Part shown: in pieces, positions 13,145-25,639 of the stretch
Layout: the number at the start of each line of letters is the position of its first letter
Numbering within the stretch: position 1 is the stretch's first letter
Made by a program: the position numbers and the translations under genes
Source of the DNA: Chiloscyllium plagiosum
Taxonomy: Eukaryota
Direction of reading: 5' to 3'
Length of the DNA: 64,000 nt
Assembly (NCBI RefSeq): GCF_004010195.1
Contig: NC_057719.1
Span: 38,558,401-38,622,400 of the forward strand
The notes under the pieces: model-generated
What the model saw: the letters and a program-made list of their open reading frames with translations, nothing else
Databases searched by the model: none
What the model was told of the DNA's origin: nothing

Positions 13145-13813
13145 TGTAAGGCTATCATTTGCGTAAATTTGGATTTTCAAGTGGAGGTATCTGTAAAGAT
13201 CAACTTTTTTTTTAAATACAAATTTCAAGAAAGCACGTGATTTAACAATGTCTCTATCAGATACCGGGGAGGTTACATGCTGGATGTTCACAATGCTAAG
13301 TCTTATGAGCAACACAGAAACAGATGATCAGAGACCAGAATCCGTTTCAGTTCAGAAGAGCAATTTCATATTAAAAAGGGCCAGTTAGTTTGCTGAAAAT
13401 CTCCAGTGTTTTTAGTAAGTAGAACTCTTCACATGAGAACTAAATGTCAGTCCAGGTTGTTTGGATGGAAAATATATCTCTAGACCTTCAAAACTGGAAT
13501 GAGTCTGTTCAGTCAGAGTTCTTAAGATAGGAGTGATTTGCCACGGAGACTGTATAGTATAAATATTTTAAACTAGGTGCTTGCAAAAGGGTTCTATTGT
13601 TGTTTTGCTTTGAATGTTAAGAACTTCTTAAATTTACATATACAGAGTGTTCTTTTTGTGGAATAAACTTGAATTCTTTTGTTAAAGAGAACACTGGCAG
13701 CCTTGTGTGATTATGTTCAGCAACCAAAGTGCAAAAATTACACTTATCTGTCAAACCAGGTTTCATTCCAGGATCTAACTTGTTCAATACTACCATCAGC
13801 TGGGGTCATAACA
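13145..13813 (+). mobile_element. Probable degraded solo LTR
   Basis: Ends gtcataaca like the other LTRs here; AATAAA near 13662. The 5' end (tgtaagg) and TSD (cttt/tttt) are imperfect, so the start is uncertain. Confidence 0.45.
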
Positions 13814-13949
13814 TTTTCTAATGTCTTAATTCTTCTCACCTAATCCCATTTTCTATAACCTCCAACTTAACCAAAAGTCCTTCCTGCAATAAGATCTCTT
13901 TTATATCATTTCCTGTCCCCCTTAACCATACTGATTGCATGATCCAAAC

Positions 13950-14480
13950 GTATACAGGATGAAACACACACTTTCAGTCCAACTAGTCCACACCAACCAT
14001 GTTCCCAAACTAAATTAGTCGCACTTTCCTGCGTTTGGTTCACATCCGCCCCCCCCCAACCTTTTTCATGTACTTATCCAAATGTCTGTTAAATATTGTA
14101 ACTATATCTGCATTCACCACTTCCTCTGGTAGTTCACTCCACACATGAACCACTCTCAAAATATGCCCCCTAGTTTTGAACTCTTCTAGTCTAGAGAAAA
14201 GATCCTTGGTACTCACCTTATCTATGCTTCTCAATTATATTTTAAATCATTAAGATTACCCCTCAACCTCTAATGCTCCAGTGAAAAAAGTCCAAGTCTA
14301 TCCAGCCTATTTTTATAATTCAAATTATCCATTCCTGGCAATATCCTGGTAAATCTCTTCTGAACCCTCTTCAATTTGATAATATCCTTTCTTTAGCAGA
14401 GCAACCAGAATTTCATGCAGTATGTGAGAACAGGCCTCACCAAGGTCCTTTACAACATCAACATGACATCCCAACAATTA
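13950..14480 (-). mobile_element. CR1 LINE 3' fragment
   Basis: ORF 14040..14234 ...VVHVWSELPEEVV...FNRHLDKYM. Confidence 0.8.
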
Positions 14481-15896
14481 CACTATGGTTTTGTACCCAT
14501 CCATCACATTTCTGCCACCTTTCCTAGTGTTATTACATAAACCCTATACCTCCAATGCAGAAACAGTCCAATTGGTGTAACAGGTCCATATGTTCGATGC
14601 AAGTTTCCTCTTAACTCCTCCTCTTCAAAATCGATCAGCACATCCCACTATTCCTTTCTCCATTATATGCTTTTCTAGTGTTTCTTCACTGCATCTGTAC
14701 TGATCATCTGAACCAGTACTTATGATAGCAAATTCTTGATCAACAAGTGTTTTTCTGAATTTCAGTGAATTTGTTAAATTTATGATCTGGGGTCTGGGAA
14801 CCATTGCTCCTATTTCTATAGGATGACATAATTGGCCTCATTCTGGTCACCTGTCAAATCTTTTATTGACAACTAGTCCATGCCTGTCCATGTAGCATTC
14901 TAGCAAATTTTTTTTTGCACCTTCTCCAGAGCCTCAAATTTCCCCTTCCGATTGCAGGGAAATAATTGTGCAAGTCACCACCTCATCAACGAGATGCTGG
15001 GCTGAACAGTCTGCTGTAGATTTGCTCAAAATGGGATCTTAACTTGCCACCTCTATGGCTCGACTTACTCCAATCTGGGAGCAATTAGAGGAAAGGTTAG
15101 GGGGTAAGGGGATGATTCCGAAGGCCTTGCCCTTGCTGCCTTTAGTCCCGTACCACTACACTCTTGAGGGGCAAAATTTTCTTGCTGCTGCATGGCCTGG
15201 AAAGTATGGCTTGACAAAGTTATTTAGACCAAAAAGCTTGATAAAGCTCACCAATCAGTTCCTAACATGCTGATTCACTTTCTTGGTTGTGGGTCTGACA
15301 CGCAAGTTAACAGTTAACATGCCAGCCACCACACAGCCTGAAAAGGGAATATCTCTGACAGTGGAAGAGATGAATGGGCAGAAACAACCGTTGTCTTAAG
15401 GTATTTTTAAAGCACTTCAAAAAAAGGTTGCAGAGACTGTGTACTGGATGTTACTTGAACTTGAAATTTTTCAGTCTTTTGTACTGGTGTGGCAGACATA
15501 CAACAAACTGTGTTGTAAACATTAGTGCAATCTGATTGAAACTCTAAGCCAAAGTACTTAACAAGTTTCCCTCCCTTGAAAGAATTCAAGGAATTTTTTG
15601 CTCAAGGGCAATTCGGATGGGGAATAAATGATGGCTTTGCCAGCAACTGTCACATTCCAATAATGGTTTTAAGAGATTTAAAACAGCTCAATGTAAAAAT
15701 GCCTAAAATTAAATAATGGTAAAAATCCTATCAACTTTGTAAAAACATAATTCTAGTCTATAAAAGTAGTCAGGCTGGAAATCTTTAACAATGTTATAAA
15801 AAAGACAATATTAACCTCAAAGTTGTTTCTTTTTATCTCAAACCTGCTTCCACATCCATTATAAAATGGTGGCCTCCCTCAGTTCACGTTTGATGT

Positions 15897-18800
15897 AGAG
15901 AGTCATAGATACAGAGATGTACAGCATGGAAACAGACCCTTCGTTCCAACCTGTCCATGCTGATCAGATATCCCAACTCAATGTAGTCCCGCCTGCCAGC
16001 TCCCAACCCATATCCCTCCAAACCCTTCCTATTCATATACCTATCCAAATGCCTCTTAAAATGTTGCAATTGTACTAGCCTCCACCATTTTCACTGGCAG
16101 GTCAATCCACACACGCACCACCCTTGTGAGAAAAAGTTGCCCCTTCGATCACTTTTATATCTCTCCCCTCTCACCCTAAATCTATGCTCTCTAGTTCTGG
16201 ACTCCCCAACCCCATGGAAAAGACCTTCTCTGTTTACCCTATCCATGTCACTCATGATTTTATAAACCTCGAGAAGGTCACCCCTCAGCCTCCGACACTC
16301 CAGGGAAAAGAGTCCTACCTATTCAACCTCTCCCTATAGCTCAAATCCTCCAACCCTGGCAACATCCTTGTAAATCTTTTCTGAACTCTTTCAAATTTCA
16401 TAACATCCTTCCGATAGGAAGGAGACCAGAACTGCACGCAATATTCCAACAGTGGCCTAACCAATGTCCTGTACAGCTGCAACATGACTTCCCAACTCCT
16501 GTACTCAATACTCTGACCAATAAAGGAAAATACACCAAACACCTTCTTCACTATCCTGTCTACCTGAGACTCTACTTTCAAGGAGCTATGAACCTGCACT
16601 CCAAGGTCTCTTTGTTCAGCATCACTCCCTAGGACCTTACCATTAAGTGTACAAGTCCTGCTAAGATTTGCTCTCCCAAAATGCAGCACCTCGCATTTAT
16701 CTAAATTAACCTCCCTCCATCTGCCACTTCTCAGCCATTTGACTCATCTGATCAAGATCCCATTGTAATCTGAGGCAACCTTCTTCGCTATCCACTACAT
16801 CTCCAATTTTGGTGTCATCTGCAAACTTACAAACTATACCTCTTATGCTCACATCCAAATCATTTTTACAAATAACAAAAAGTAGTGGACCCAGCATCGA
16901 TCCTAGTGGCACCCCACTGGTCACAGGCCTCCAGTCTGAAAAACAACCCTCCACTACCACCCTCTGTCCTCTATCTTTGAGCCAGTTCTGTACCCAAATG
17001 ACTAGTTCTCCCTCTATTCCATGAGACCTAACCTTGCTAACCAGTCTCCGAGGGGGAACCTTGTCAAACAGATCACGTCAAACAGATCACATCTACCACT
17101 CTGCCTTCATTAATCTTCTTAGTTAACTCTTCAAAAAAAAAATCAAGTTGGTGAGACATGATTTCCCACGCACAAAGCTTTGTTGACTATCCCTAATCAG
17201 TCCTTGCCTTTCCAAATACATATACATCCTGTCCCTCAACAACGCGCCCACAACCGTCAGGCTCACTGGTCTTTAGTTCTCTGGCTTGTCCTTACCACCT
17301 TTCTTAAATACCTCCATACCTGCCAACCTCCAGTCTTCCGGCACTTCACCTGTGACTATCAATGTTGCAAGTACCTCAGCAAGGGGCCCAGCAATCACTT
17401 TCCTAGCTTCCTACAAAGATCTAGGGTACACCTGATCAGGTCCTGGGGATTTATCCACTTTTATGCATTTCAAGACATCCAGCACTTCCTCCTCCGTAAT
17501 TTGTATATTTTTCAAGATGTCACTATTTCCCTACATTCTATATCTTCCATGTTTTGGATGCAAGTTTGCTCACTGAGCTGGGAGGTTCGTTTTCAGACGT
17601 TTCGTCACCGTAGTAGGTAATATCATCAGTGAGCCTTCGAATGAAGCTGTGGTGGTGTAACCCACTTTCTATTTATATGTTTGGAGGTTCCTTGGGTTGG
17701 TGATGTCATTTCCTGTGGTGACATCATTTATGGTGATGTCATTTCATGTTCATGAACAGTAAATTGCATCATAGAAAATGCAGGAAGTACAGTTGTTCGC
17801 GGGTGGAACTCTCTCGGATGGCATTCCTTTCCCATCTTCGGGCAAGTTGTAGCGTGTTGCGCCCATAGGTTTTTGCAAGGTTTGTAGCTCAGGGTATAGG
17901 TTTGCTCGCTGAGCTGTAGGTTTGATATCCAGACATTTCATTACCTGGCTAGGTAACATCATCAGCGTCTACAGAAAACCAACAAATACTGACCAAATAC
18001 TTAACTACAGCAGCAACCATCCCAATACACACAAAGCTGTATCAAAACACTATTCCAACGAGCCACCACACACTGCAGCACAGACGAACTTCGGAAAACA
18101 GAGGAGAACCACCTATACAACGTATTCAAGAAGAATGGATACTTTAAAAAAATACAGTATGCAGATTCCTCACGAACAAACCACAACAAGCAGACCAAAC
18201 ACAGCCAGAAACCCTAACCACCTTACCATACATCAAAGTTGTTTCAGAAATGACAGCCAGACTACTAAGACACCTCGGAATCCTAGTAGCACACAAACCC
18301 ACCAACACTCTCAAACAAAAACTAACAAAAAGACCCAGTACAACCCATGGACAAAACCAACGTTATCTACAAAATTCCATGCAAGGACTGCCACAAACAC
18401 TATGTAGGACAAACAGGAAGAAAGTTAGCCACCAGGATACACGAACACCAGCTAGCCACAAAAAGACACGACCCTCTCTCCCTCGTAGCCCGACACACGG
18501 ATGAAAAAGAACCACCATTGTGACTGGGACAACACATCTATCCTGGAACAGGCTAAGCAAAGACATGCCAGAGAATTCCTAGAGGCCTGACACTCCAACC
18601 ACAACGCCATAAACAAACACAGATCTAGATACCATCTATCAACCCAGGAAATGACTTCACCACAAACCCCAGGAACCCCATCCAAGAGAAAGATATAAAT
18701 AGAAAGCAGGAGACAACAGCTTCGCTTCACTTGGAAGTCGCCATTGTTGTTGTTACCTAGCCAGGTAATGAAACATCTGGATATCAAACCTACAGCTCAG

Positions 18801-19195
18801 CGAGCAAACCTACACCCTAAATGTTACCTAGTATGGTGACGAAACGTCTGTAAACAAACTTTTCAGCTCAGTGAGCAAACCTATATCCAGAACCTCAACC
18901 TGAGCTACAAATCTTAAAATTCGCAATCTTCCATGTTCTTTTCCATCGTAAACATTGATACAAAATACTCATTTAGTACATTCCCCATCTCCTGCAGCGT
19001 GACACAAAGGCTACCTTGTTGATCTTTGAGGGGCCCTATTCTCTCCCTAATTACCCCTTTTGTTCTTAATGTATTTGTAAAAACCCTTTGGATTCTCTTT
19101 CACTATTTGTCAAAGCTATCTCATATCCCCTTTTTGCCCTCCGTATTTCCCTCTTAAGTATACTCCTACTGCCTTTATACTCTAAGGATTCAGTT
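15897..19195 (-). mobile_element. CR1 LINE (HER1-like) with RT domain, interrupted by a PLE at 17554-18925
   Basis: ORFs 16706..16960 (VTSGVPLGSMLGPLLF...KFADDTK) and 16315..16689 (LVRPLLEYCVQFWSP); 3' tail at ~15897; CR1 sequence resumes after 18937. Confidence 0.92.
17554..18925 (+). mobile_element. Composite Penelope-like insertion (RT C-terminus, GIY-YIG endonuclease, four pLTR pieces) with 12-bp TSD
   Basis: Perfect TSD atcttccatgtt at 17542-17553 and 18926-18937. Frames read VYRKPTNTDQIL..., LPYI, and NVIYKIPCKDCHKHYVGQTGRKLATRIHEH (GIY-YIG, ~18358-18450). Confidence 0.9.
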
Positions 19196-20109
19196 GTTCA
19201 AGGAGAATCACTAAGTACCTGGCATTAAATAATAAATCTACAAAACAATTTTGGGATTTAAATAATTTTATGAAGTCAAATTTCTATTATATGATTCATT
19301 CAAGATATGAACTCCATGATTATCTTACAAATAGCAGTCTTACAAATCAATGGCAAGATTCCATTTGGTTGCATCTGATTGCATTATTATATTATAAGGA
19401 GTAGACAAAGGAACAATATACAATTTAATCAAAATCTTTAAAAATCTTGTTAAATTGAATGGAAATTTCAGATGTAACTAGAAATTAAATACAATGTATT
19501 CAAATATGCACATTCAACCAGGCAAAAAGGGTATTGGAATCAAATGAGACAACTCAAATTATAGAATAAATTAGACAAAATGTGAAAGTGAATTAATAAG
19601 TCTAAAGTTACTGCAGTCGAATGTAAAATACTGCATGTAGATTAAAAAAAAGATGTCACACAATCTAATGGTTTTGAAAAGCTAAGGATTAAGGAAAGAG
19701 ACGTAGGAATCTGAATAAACCTTATGCTAAACATGACCAACTAATGCGTAACAATATTAATACAAAAAAAAAACTGCATCCAGCCTTGGTTGCTGGGTAA
19801 CAAGAAAGACATCGCAAAGAACAGCTACAAGAAGATCCTTAGTGTCTGTTTGAATAATGTTTGAATAATGAAGAAACTTGAGAAGAAATGTGGACTTGTA
19901 AGACAAGCAAAGTAGTATCAGTGGGGTGAGAATGAAAAATAAATAAAATAAATTGGAACAGTAAAATAAGGATTAAAAGCTAATTTTAGGGCCATCAACA
20001 AGTAACTTAGGGAGCTGGCTTATAGATAAATACAGCAAAACAAGGGCTGGACGTTTGGGTCTGCCTAGAATTATCTTCATCAGTAATTATGTAGCGATCT
20101 TGAAGAGGA

Positions 20110-21330
20110 GGCATAGAGTGCTTTCCTTTCGTGTTTCAACAATTCTCCCATTGGTGTCTGAACAGGCTTTTCTGTGGAAGTAATTCTTCTAAGCTCCACA
20201 ATCTCATCTTTTCCCCATAGCCTGCAAAATCTCTCTCTTCAGGTACATAGCCATTTCTGTTTTTGAAAGCCACAACTGTATCCCCCTCCACCATGTCTTT
20301 GGGTAGTGCATTCTGGATCATAACACGCAGTATATTAAAAAACATTTTTACATTTGGTCCTTCTGTTAATCATCTTAAATTGGCATCCTCTCTGATTCTT
20401 GCCAATGGGAACAGTTTCACCCTTTCTTCTTTAACACTTACATCAAATCTTCTTTGAACCTTCCATTCTCTAAGGAGAACAGCCAGGTTCACAAATCCAT
20501 CTATGGAACTGAAATTCCTTATTGCAGTAAGTACCCTTCTTACATTGTTTCTGCACCCTCTCCAATACATTCACACTTTGTCTAAGGTGCGGTGTTATGG
20601 ACCAGATCAAATCCCTTCAACATACACAAAGACGACAGTCTTGACCCTAGCTTTTTCTAATTTTAAAGACATGTGCTCAGCATTGCATTCCAGAGGCAAT
20701 TAAATTGGTCAAGTTAGTAGTCTTGAAGCAAAATACACTTTATTCATAAACTTTAGTTAAAATACAACAAAAGAAAGAAGGAATAACAAACTCTCTTAGA
20801 AAACCGAGAATAATAGATTATTTAACTACTGAACAGTAACTGTTCCAATATGGTAAATCCCATAAACACACACTTGTCAAAGGCAAATTCAGCAAAATAG
20901 ACCGTCTCACATGCAATTCTAGCAGCAGGAAGAGAAATCCCTGCTTTTAGCTGTTACGGAGAGAGGGGAAAAAAACAACAGCTTTGATATCCACTTTCAA
21001 AACCCCAGCAGGAATTGGTACTGAAGACTAAAACTAAAAAATCAACAAATCCTAGTTTTGTGGGAGCTTGACCCCACCAATTCAGGCTGGTTCTGTTATT
21101 CCAACTGTGGGGGAAAAAAAAACCCCAAGGACTCACAAGCTGTTTATCTTATTGGCTTTGAAGCTGACTGCACACTACCTTTGTATCAACCTTTCCTCAA
21201 AAAAAGACAAAATACACCTCGTAAAGCCATAGTATCATAACAGCAGTGCCCACTACTGAATCAGTGCTTTATAAAGATCCATCACAATGTCTTTGCTTTT
21301 GTACTTTATCCCTCTTTTAAATAAACTCCA
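20110..21330 (-). mobile_element. Older CR1 3' fragment hosting a solo LTR
   Basis: ORFs 20136..20345 and 20370..20570 give degenerate CR1 C-terminal motifs; sequence continues across the LTR. Confidence 0.6.
20593..21242 (-). mobile_element. Solo LTR (Gypsy-like), 650 bp
   Basis: Termini tgttatg...cataaca; 4-bp TSD gcgg (20589-20592) / gcag (21243-21246, consistent with CpG decay); minus-strand AATAAA near 20740. Confidence 0.8.
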
Positions 21331-22981
21331 GATGTAGAAGTGCAATGAGCTAAATTCAAAAGTTACAATCTTCTTCCTTACCAAAAAATTAAAATCATAT
21401 TTTATAAAAATGACATTTACCAATGAGCACATACTAAACTACTTTAAATGGATTAATTTATCCTTCGCATTTTTACAACTAACTGTTCATCTGCTTAAAT
21501 AACCACTTTCTTAAACTAACTCTTATTTTTCTCCCCCCCTCAGTACTGTATTAGTGGGTCAGGCACAGTGCCACCCAGACTGTATTCAGCATTTCAGGTC
21601 AGGGCCTGGAATTCTTCCCCATTTACCTACATGTTTGAAAGGTCATGGTAAGATTGGATCCACTATAACCCCTGCAGCAGTGAGTCACACAGCTCTTCCA
21701 GCATATCTCATACAAACGAAATCTGCACATCCGTTTGCAGTCACTTACTCACATTCAACATACAAAAGTCTTCACCACACCCATTTACATTTTAGAAAAG
21801 AAACACATTTGTATGTTCTCTTCTAAAGATTCATTCCATTATTTTTCTTCTGCCGTCTCTCCATCAACAATTTGCTTTCCTTTAGACTTCCTTATTTAAT
21901 GCTTTCTTTTCACTTCTTTATTCTTCCCTTTTGCTTCACCTTTCCTAATTGGCTTACTTTCCTCTCAGTTTATACATCATTCCCTTTTCAATTCTGAATT
22001 CTATTAAATATTGTATTACATCCTCAAATATAGTTATCCTATTAGTTGCTCTGCTACTTCCTTTCGCAACTTACCACTGACCAACTAAAAGCTTCTGCAA
22101 AAAAACCAAGATAAAGTTCTCATTTAATATCAATATACTTTTGTTTATTTTCAACTCAAATCAGCTGCAATTTTCTTTATAACAAACTCTCTTTTCAGTG
22201 ATATAATAAAATCCATTAGTACTTGTTTACCTGGCAGTCGTTTGTCATAACTAATCCCACTCTTTTTAATCTTTGTCTGTTTTCTATACTTTTCTTAACC
22301 TGTAGAATTAGCTTTAGAATTTTTATTTTAATTTCTCGGTTAGTCCAAGAGTGTCTACTTTTGCTCGTCGCTTTATTTGTGGTGGAAATGGGCTGATTTT
22401 GTACTTTCTTCTGTTTAATTTTTTAAACTAATATTTATCCATAAATATTAGTTTCAACTAGTTTCCCTTCCAATTTATCTGGGCTTTCATGTCATTTAAA
22501 GTGGCTGTTCCCAGTCTCCACCTTTAATTACTTCCTTTACTTATCTAGTTTCTGTACTTAGTTTTGCAATAGTGAAATCAAGATGCTCCCATCTCCATAT
22601 GCCACCTGCTTGGCCCACCCCCAATTCCTAAACTAGATCCAACATAAATCCCTTGCTTTCAATTGGAGCATTCATTTAGAACACAGTCCTGCGCACATTA
22701 CAGAAATCAAATTCCTTCTGTGGAAGTTTCATTACACTTAAACTAGTTAATCTCTAAATAACTGCAGTCACTATATAAATGCCATATCATTGAGTCTTTT
22801 TTAAATTCAGAACGTACCGTTGGAAAGTCTAACATTTGATGCCCATTTCTAATTGCGCTCAAGGAAGTGATGTGTTCTGCCTTTGTAAATTTCTGGAGCC
22901 TGTGGGGTGTAGGTACATTATATTGGTGAGCTAGTTCCAATGTTTTGACACAGCAACTGAAGGAAGGGTTATATAGTTCCA

Positions 22982-23406
22982 AGGTAAAAACAATGACTGC
23001 AGATGCTGGAAACCAGATTCTGGATTAGTGGTGTTGGAAGAACATAGCAGTTCAGGCAGCATCCGAGGAGCAGTAAAATCGACGTTTCGGGCAAAAGTCC
23101 TTCATCAGGAATACAGGCAGAGAGCCTGAAGGAGAGATAAGTGAGAGGAGAGTGGGGGTGGGGAGAAAGTAGCAAGGATGCCTGCCTTGAAGAAGTTTTC
23201 CTCCTCTCCCTACAAGAGTCTCAGGGAGTCCCTCTCCCACTGCAACTCCCAGGTCATTTACTCTATGCTCCCCACCCCCACCCTCCTCTCACTTATCTCT
23301 CCACCCTTCAGGCTCTCTGCCTGTATTCCTGATGAAGGGCTTTTGCCCGAAACGTCGATTTTACTGCTCTTCGGATGCTGCCTGAACTGCTGTGCTCTTC
23401 CAGCAC
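22982..23406. mobile_element. Fold-back PLE remnant with two hammerhead motifs
   Basis: Inverted arms ~23030-23174 and ~23256-23406; ctgatga-a-gggc-tttt-gccc-gaaacgtc at ~23329-23356. Confidence 0.85.
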
Positions 23407-23851
23407 AAGTAGGGAGAGTACCTCATCTAGGGTAGTGAGGGTGTGTTTGCTGCAGGGGGTAAGCTTCCAGAAAGGAGAGGACTGGGAGTGGTAAATGAAT
23501 GGTATCATTTACCTGATGAAACAGCTCACAGTCCATGACAATGGCAGCCAAGGGTATGTTTTGTGGCTACAGATAAAATAAATGCCATTGTATGTTTTGA
23601 GGTGGTGGGTTTGGGTTCCTGTCCAGATGGTAATGAAAGTGGAATTGTGGGCAGACTTGTTGGGGGCAAGTGAATTGAGGATGCTACCCTCTGCTGTGGG
23701 ACGATGCACTACAGGGATCAGGAACAGAGACTTTGTGCACCGGCTCCAGCCAGCCTCCTAGGCAAATGGCTGGCTTCTTGTTAGGCAGATGGTTCCTCTG
23801 GTCGGTCCCTGTGTGGTGGTGTCAATGATGGTCAAGGTTAGAGGTTCATGT
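23407..23851 (-). pseudogene. env: Endogenous retrovirus env fragment (SU C-terminal half, furin site, start of TM)
   Basis: One frame with two stops (23758-23760, 23509-23511): ...GTICLTRSQPFA*EAGWSRC...YNGIYFICSHKTYPWLPLSWTVSCFIR*MIP...LTPCSKHTLTTLDEVLSLLV. It matches the class I env motif (W/F)xCGxxAYxxLPxxWxGxC, then an R-x-K-R-like site and a hydrophobic segment. Confidence 0.75.
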
Positions 23852-24229
23852 CAGATGCATTTTAAATGTTGCAATTGTATTAGCCTTTACCACTTCCTCT
23901 GGCAGCTCATTCCATACACATACTACCCTCTGAGTGAAGAAGTTGCCCTTAGTTCTCTTTTATATCTTTCCCCTCTCATCTTAAACTTATGCTCTCTAGT
24001 TCTGGACTCCCCCACACCAGGGGAAAAGACCTTGTCTATTTATCCTATCCATTCCTCTCATGATTTTATAAACCTCTATAAGGTCACCCCTCAGCCTCTG
24101 ATGCTCCAGGGAAAACAGCCCAGCCTATTCAACCTCTCTCTATAGCTCAAATCCTCCAACCCTGGCAACATCCTTGTAAATCTTTTCTGAATCCTTTCAA
24201 ATTTCACAACATCCTTCCATTAGGAAGGA
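23852..24229 (-). mobile_element. CR1 fragment truncated at both ends, lying inside the ERV
   Basis: Near-identical to 120-490 and 34767-35140; lacks the 3' tail. Confidence 0.85.
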
Positions 24230-24898
24230 CTGCAGTAATGAGCTTCATGGTAAAATGGGTCCCCCTGTCTGTTTCTATGTTCCCTGGGATTCCAAATCTT
24301 GAAATAACATCCAACAGAAGACACTTTACCATGTTTGGGCGTTATCGTTTTGGTGGGAAATGCCTCAATCCATTTTAAAAACATGTCTACAATAACTAGG
24401 ACATATTTGTATACCTGTTTCTGAGTCATGTGGGCAAAATCAGTCTGGAGGTGGGTGAATGGGCCCCTCAGGAACTGGTACATGGTCGTATTTGACCACA
24501 GGCTTCCTTGCATTGTTCTGTAGACACTGTGGAGGCACTGTGACGGCAGGGCTTGGGCAACTGCAGTGAATCCCGGTGCACACCAGGAACGGCTGACAAC
24601 ATGTATCATGCCTCTCTTGCCTGTGTGTCTGATTCCGTGTGCCACCAGGACCAGTAAGTGCAGATGGGCTTTTGGGCAGATGATACAACCATCAGGGTGG
24701 ATAAGCGCCTGTAGGGAGGGTGACTGTATGGCCCCAAGACGTCCTCTGTTCTGATGGGGCAGCTTGCTGAGCTGCTCGGACTACATTGAGAGGGTCAGGG
24801 GACTCCGGAGGTTTTGTCACACTGGAGGGATATGCATGACATTAGTGACCGGGTGTAGTGCAGCTTCCCGGGCTGCTGCATCAGCTGAGTCATTTCCT
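24230..24898 (-). pseudogene. pol: Endogenous retrovirus pol fragment (RNase H C-terminus + integrase N-terminus/core), class I (gamma/epsilon-like)
   Basis: Frameshifted translation: GNDSADAAAREAAL (RNase H end), HPDGCIICPK...AHGIRHTGKRGM (HH), C..CLQNN (CC), GPFTHLQTDF, YKYVLVIVDMFLKWIEAFPT, DVISRFGIPGNIETDRGTHFT (first two catalytic Asp). Confidence 0.88.
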
Positions 24899-25321
24899 GG
24901 GGGGCGTGGACCTGACCAGGTAGTCACGGAGGGAACGGTCTTTGCGGAAGGTGGAAAGGGGTGGGGAAGGAAATATATCCCTGGTGGTGGGGTCTGTTTG
25001 GAGGTGACGGAATTGTCAGTGGATGATTTTGTTTATGCGAAAGTTGGTAGGGTGGAAGGTGAGCACCAGGGGTGTTCTGTCCTTGTTACGGTTGGAGGGG
25101 TGGGGCCTGAGGGCGGAGGTGCGGGATGTGGACGAGATGCGTTGGAGGGCATCTTTAACCACGTGGGAAGGGAAATTGCGTTTTCTAAAGGAGGCGGCCA
25201 TCTGGTGTGTTCAGTGGTGGAACTGGTCCTCCTGGGTTACACCTCTTCCAACCCTACCTCCTGCAAAAATGCCATCCCGTATTCCCAATTCCTCCGCCTC
25301 CGCCGTATCTGCTCCCAGGAG
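24897..25321 (-). mobile_element. PLE RT C-terminal fragment with an internal inversion
   Basis: Minus frame MAASFRKRNFPSHVVKDALQRIS...DRTPLVLTFHP; plus frame YTSSNPTSCKNAIPYSQFLRLRRICSQE (25237-25321). Confidence 0.8.
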
Positions 25322-25639
25322 CAGCTGATTCAAGGATGAAGGAGGTTATTGGAGTTTAGAAGAATGAGGAGTGATTGCACTGAAATATTTAATTCAGAGG
25401 CAGTTTGACAGGGTAGATACTTAAAGGATGTTTCTCCTTATGGGAGAATCTAGAATTGGGGGCACAGTTACAAAATAAGGGGTGCCCCACTTAAGACAGA
25501 GTGGAGGAGCCGCCTGAGGGTTGTCAGACCTTGAAATTCTCTTTAACACAGTGGAGAATGAGTCATCGAATATATTCAATGCTGATTAGCACTGATCACA
25601 GCCTTCCTGTGTACAGAAATCAGTCCTCCTCACTGTTGA

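Noticed and set aside
19200..22740. Purine/pyrimidine-skewed tracts at ~19200-20030 and ~21650-22740 as novel elements
   Set aside because: Faint CR1 ORF2 remnants explain them as ancient LINE debris; they are too degraded to delimit.
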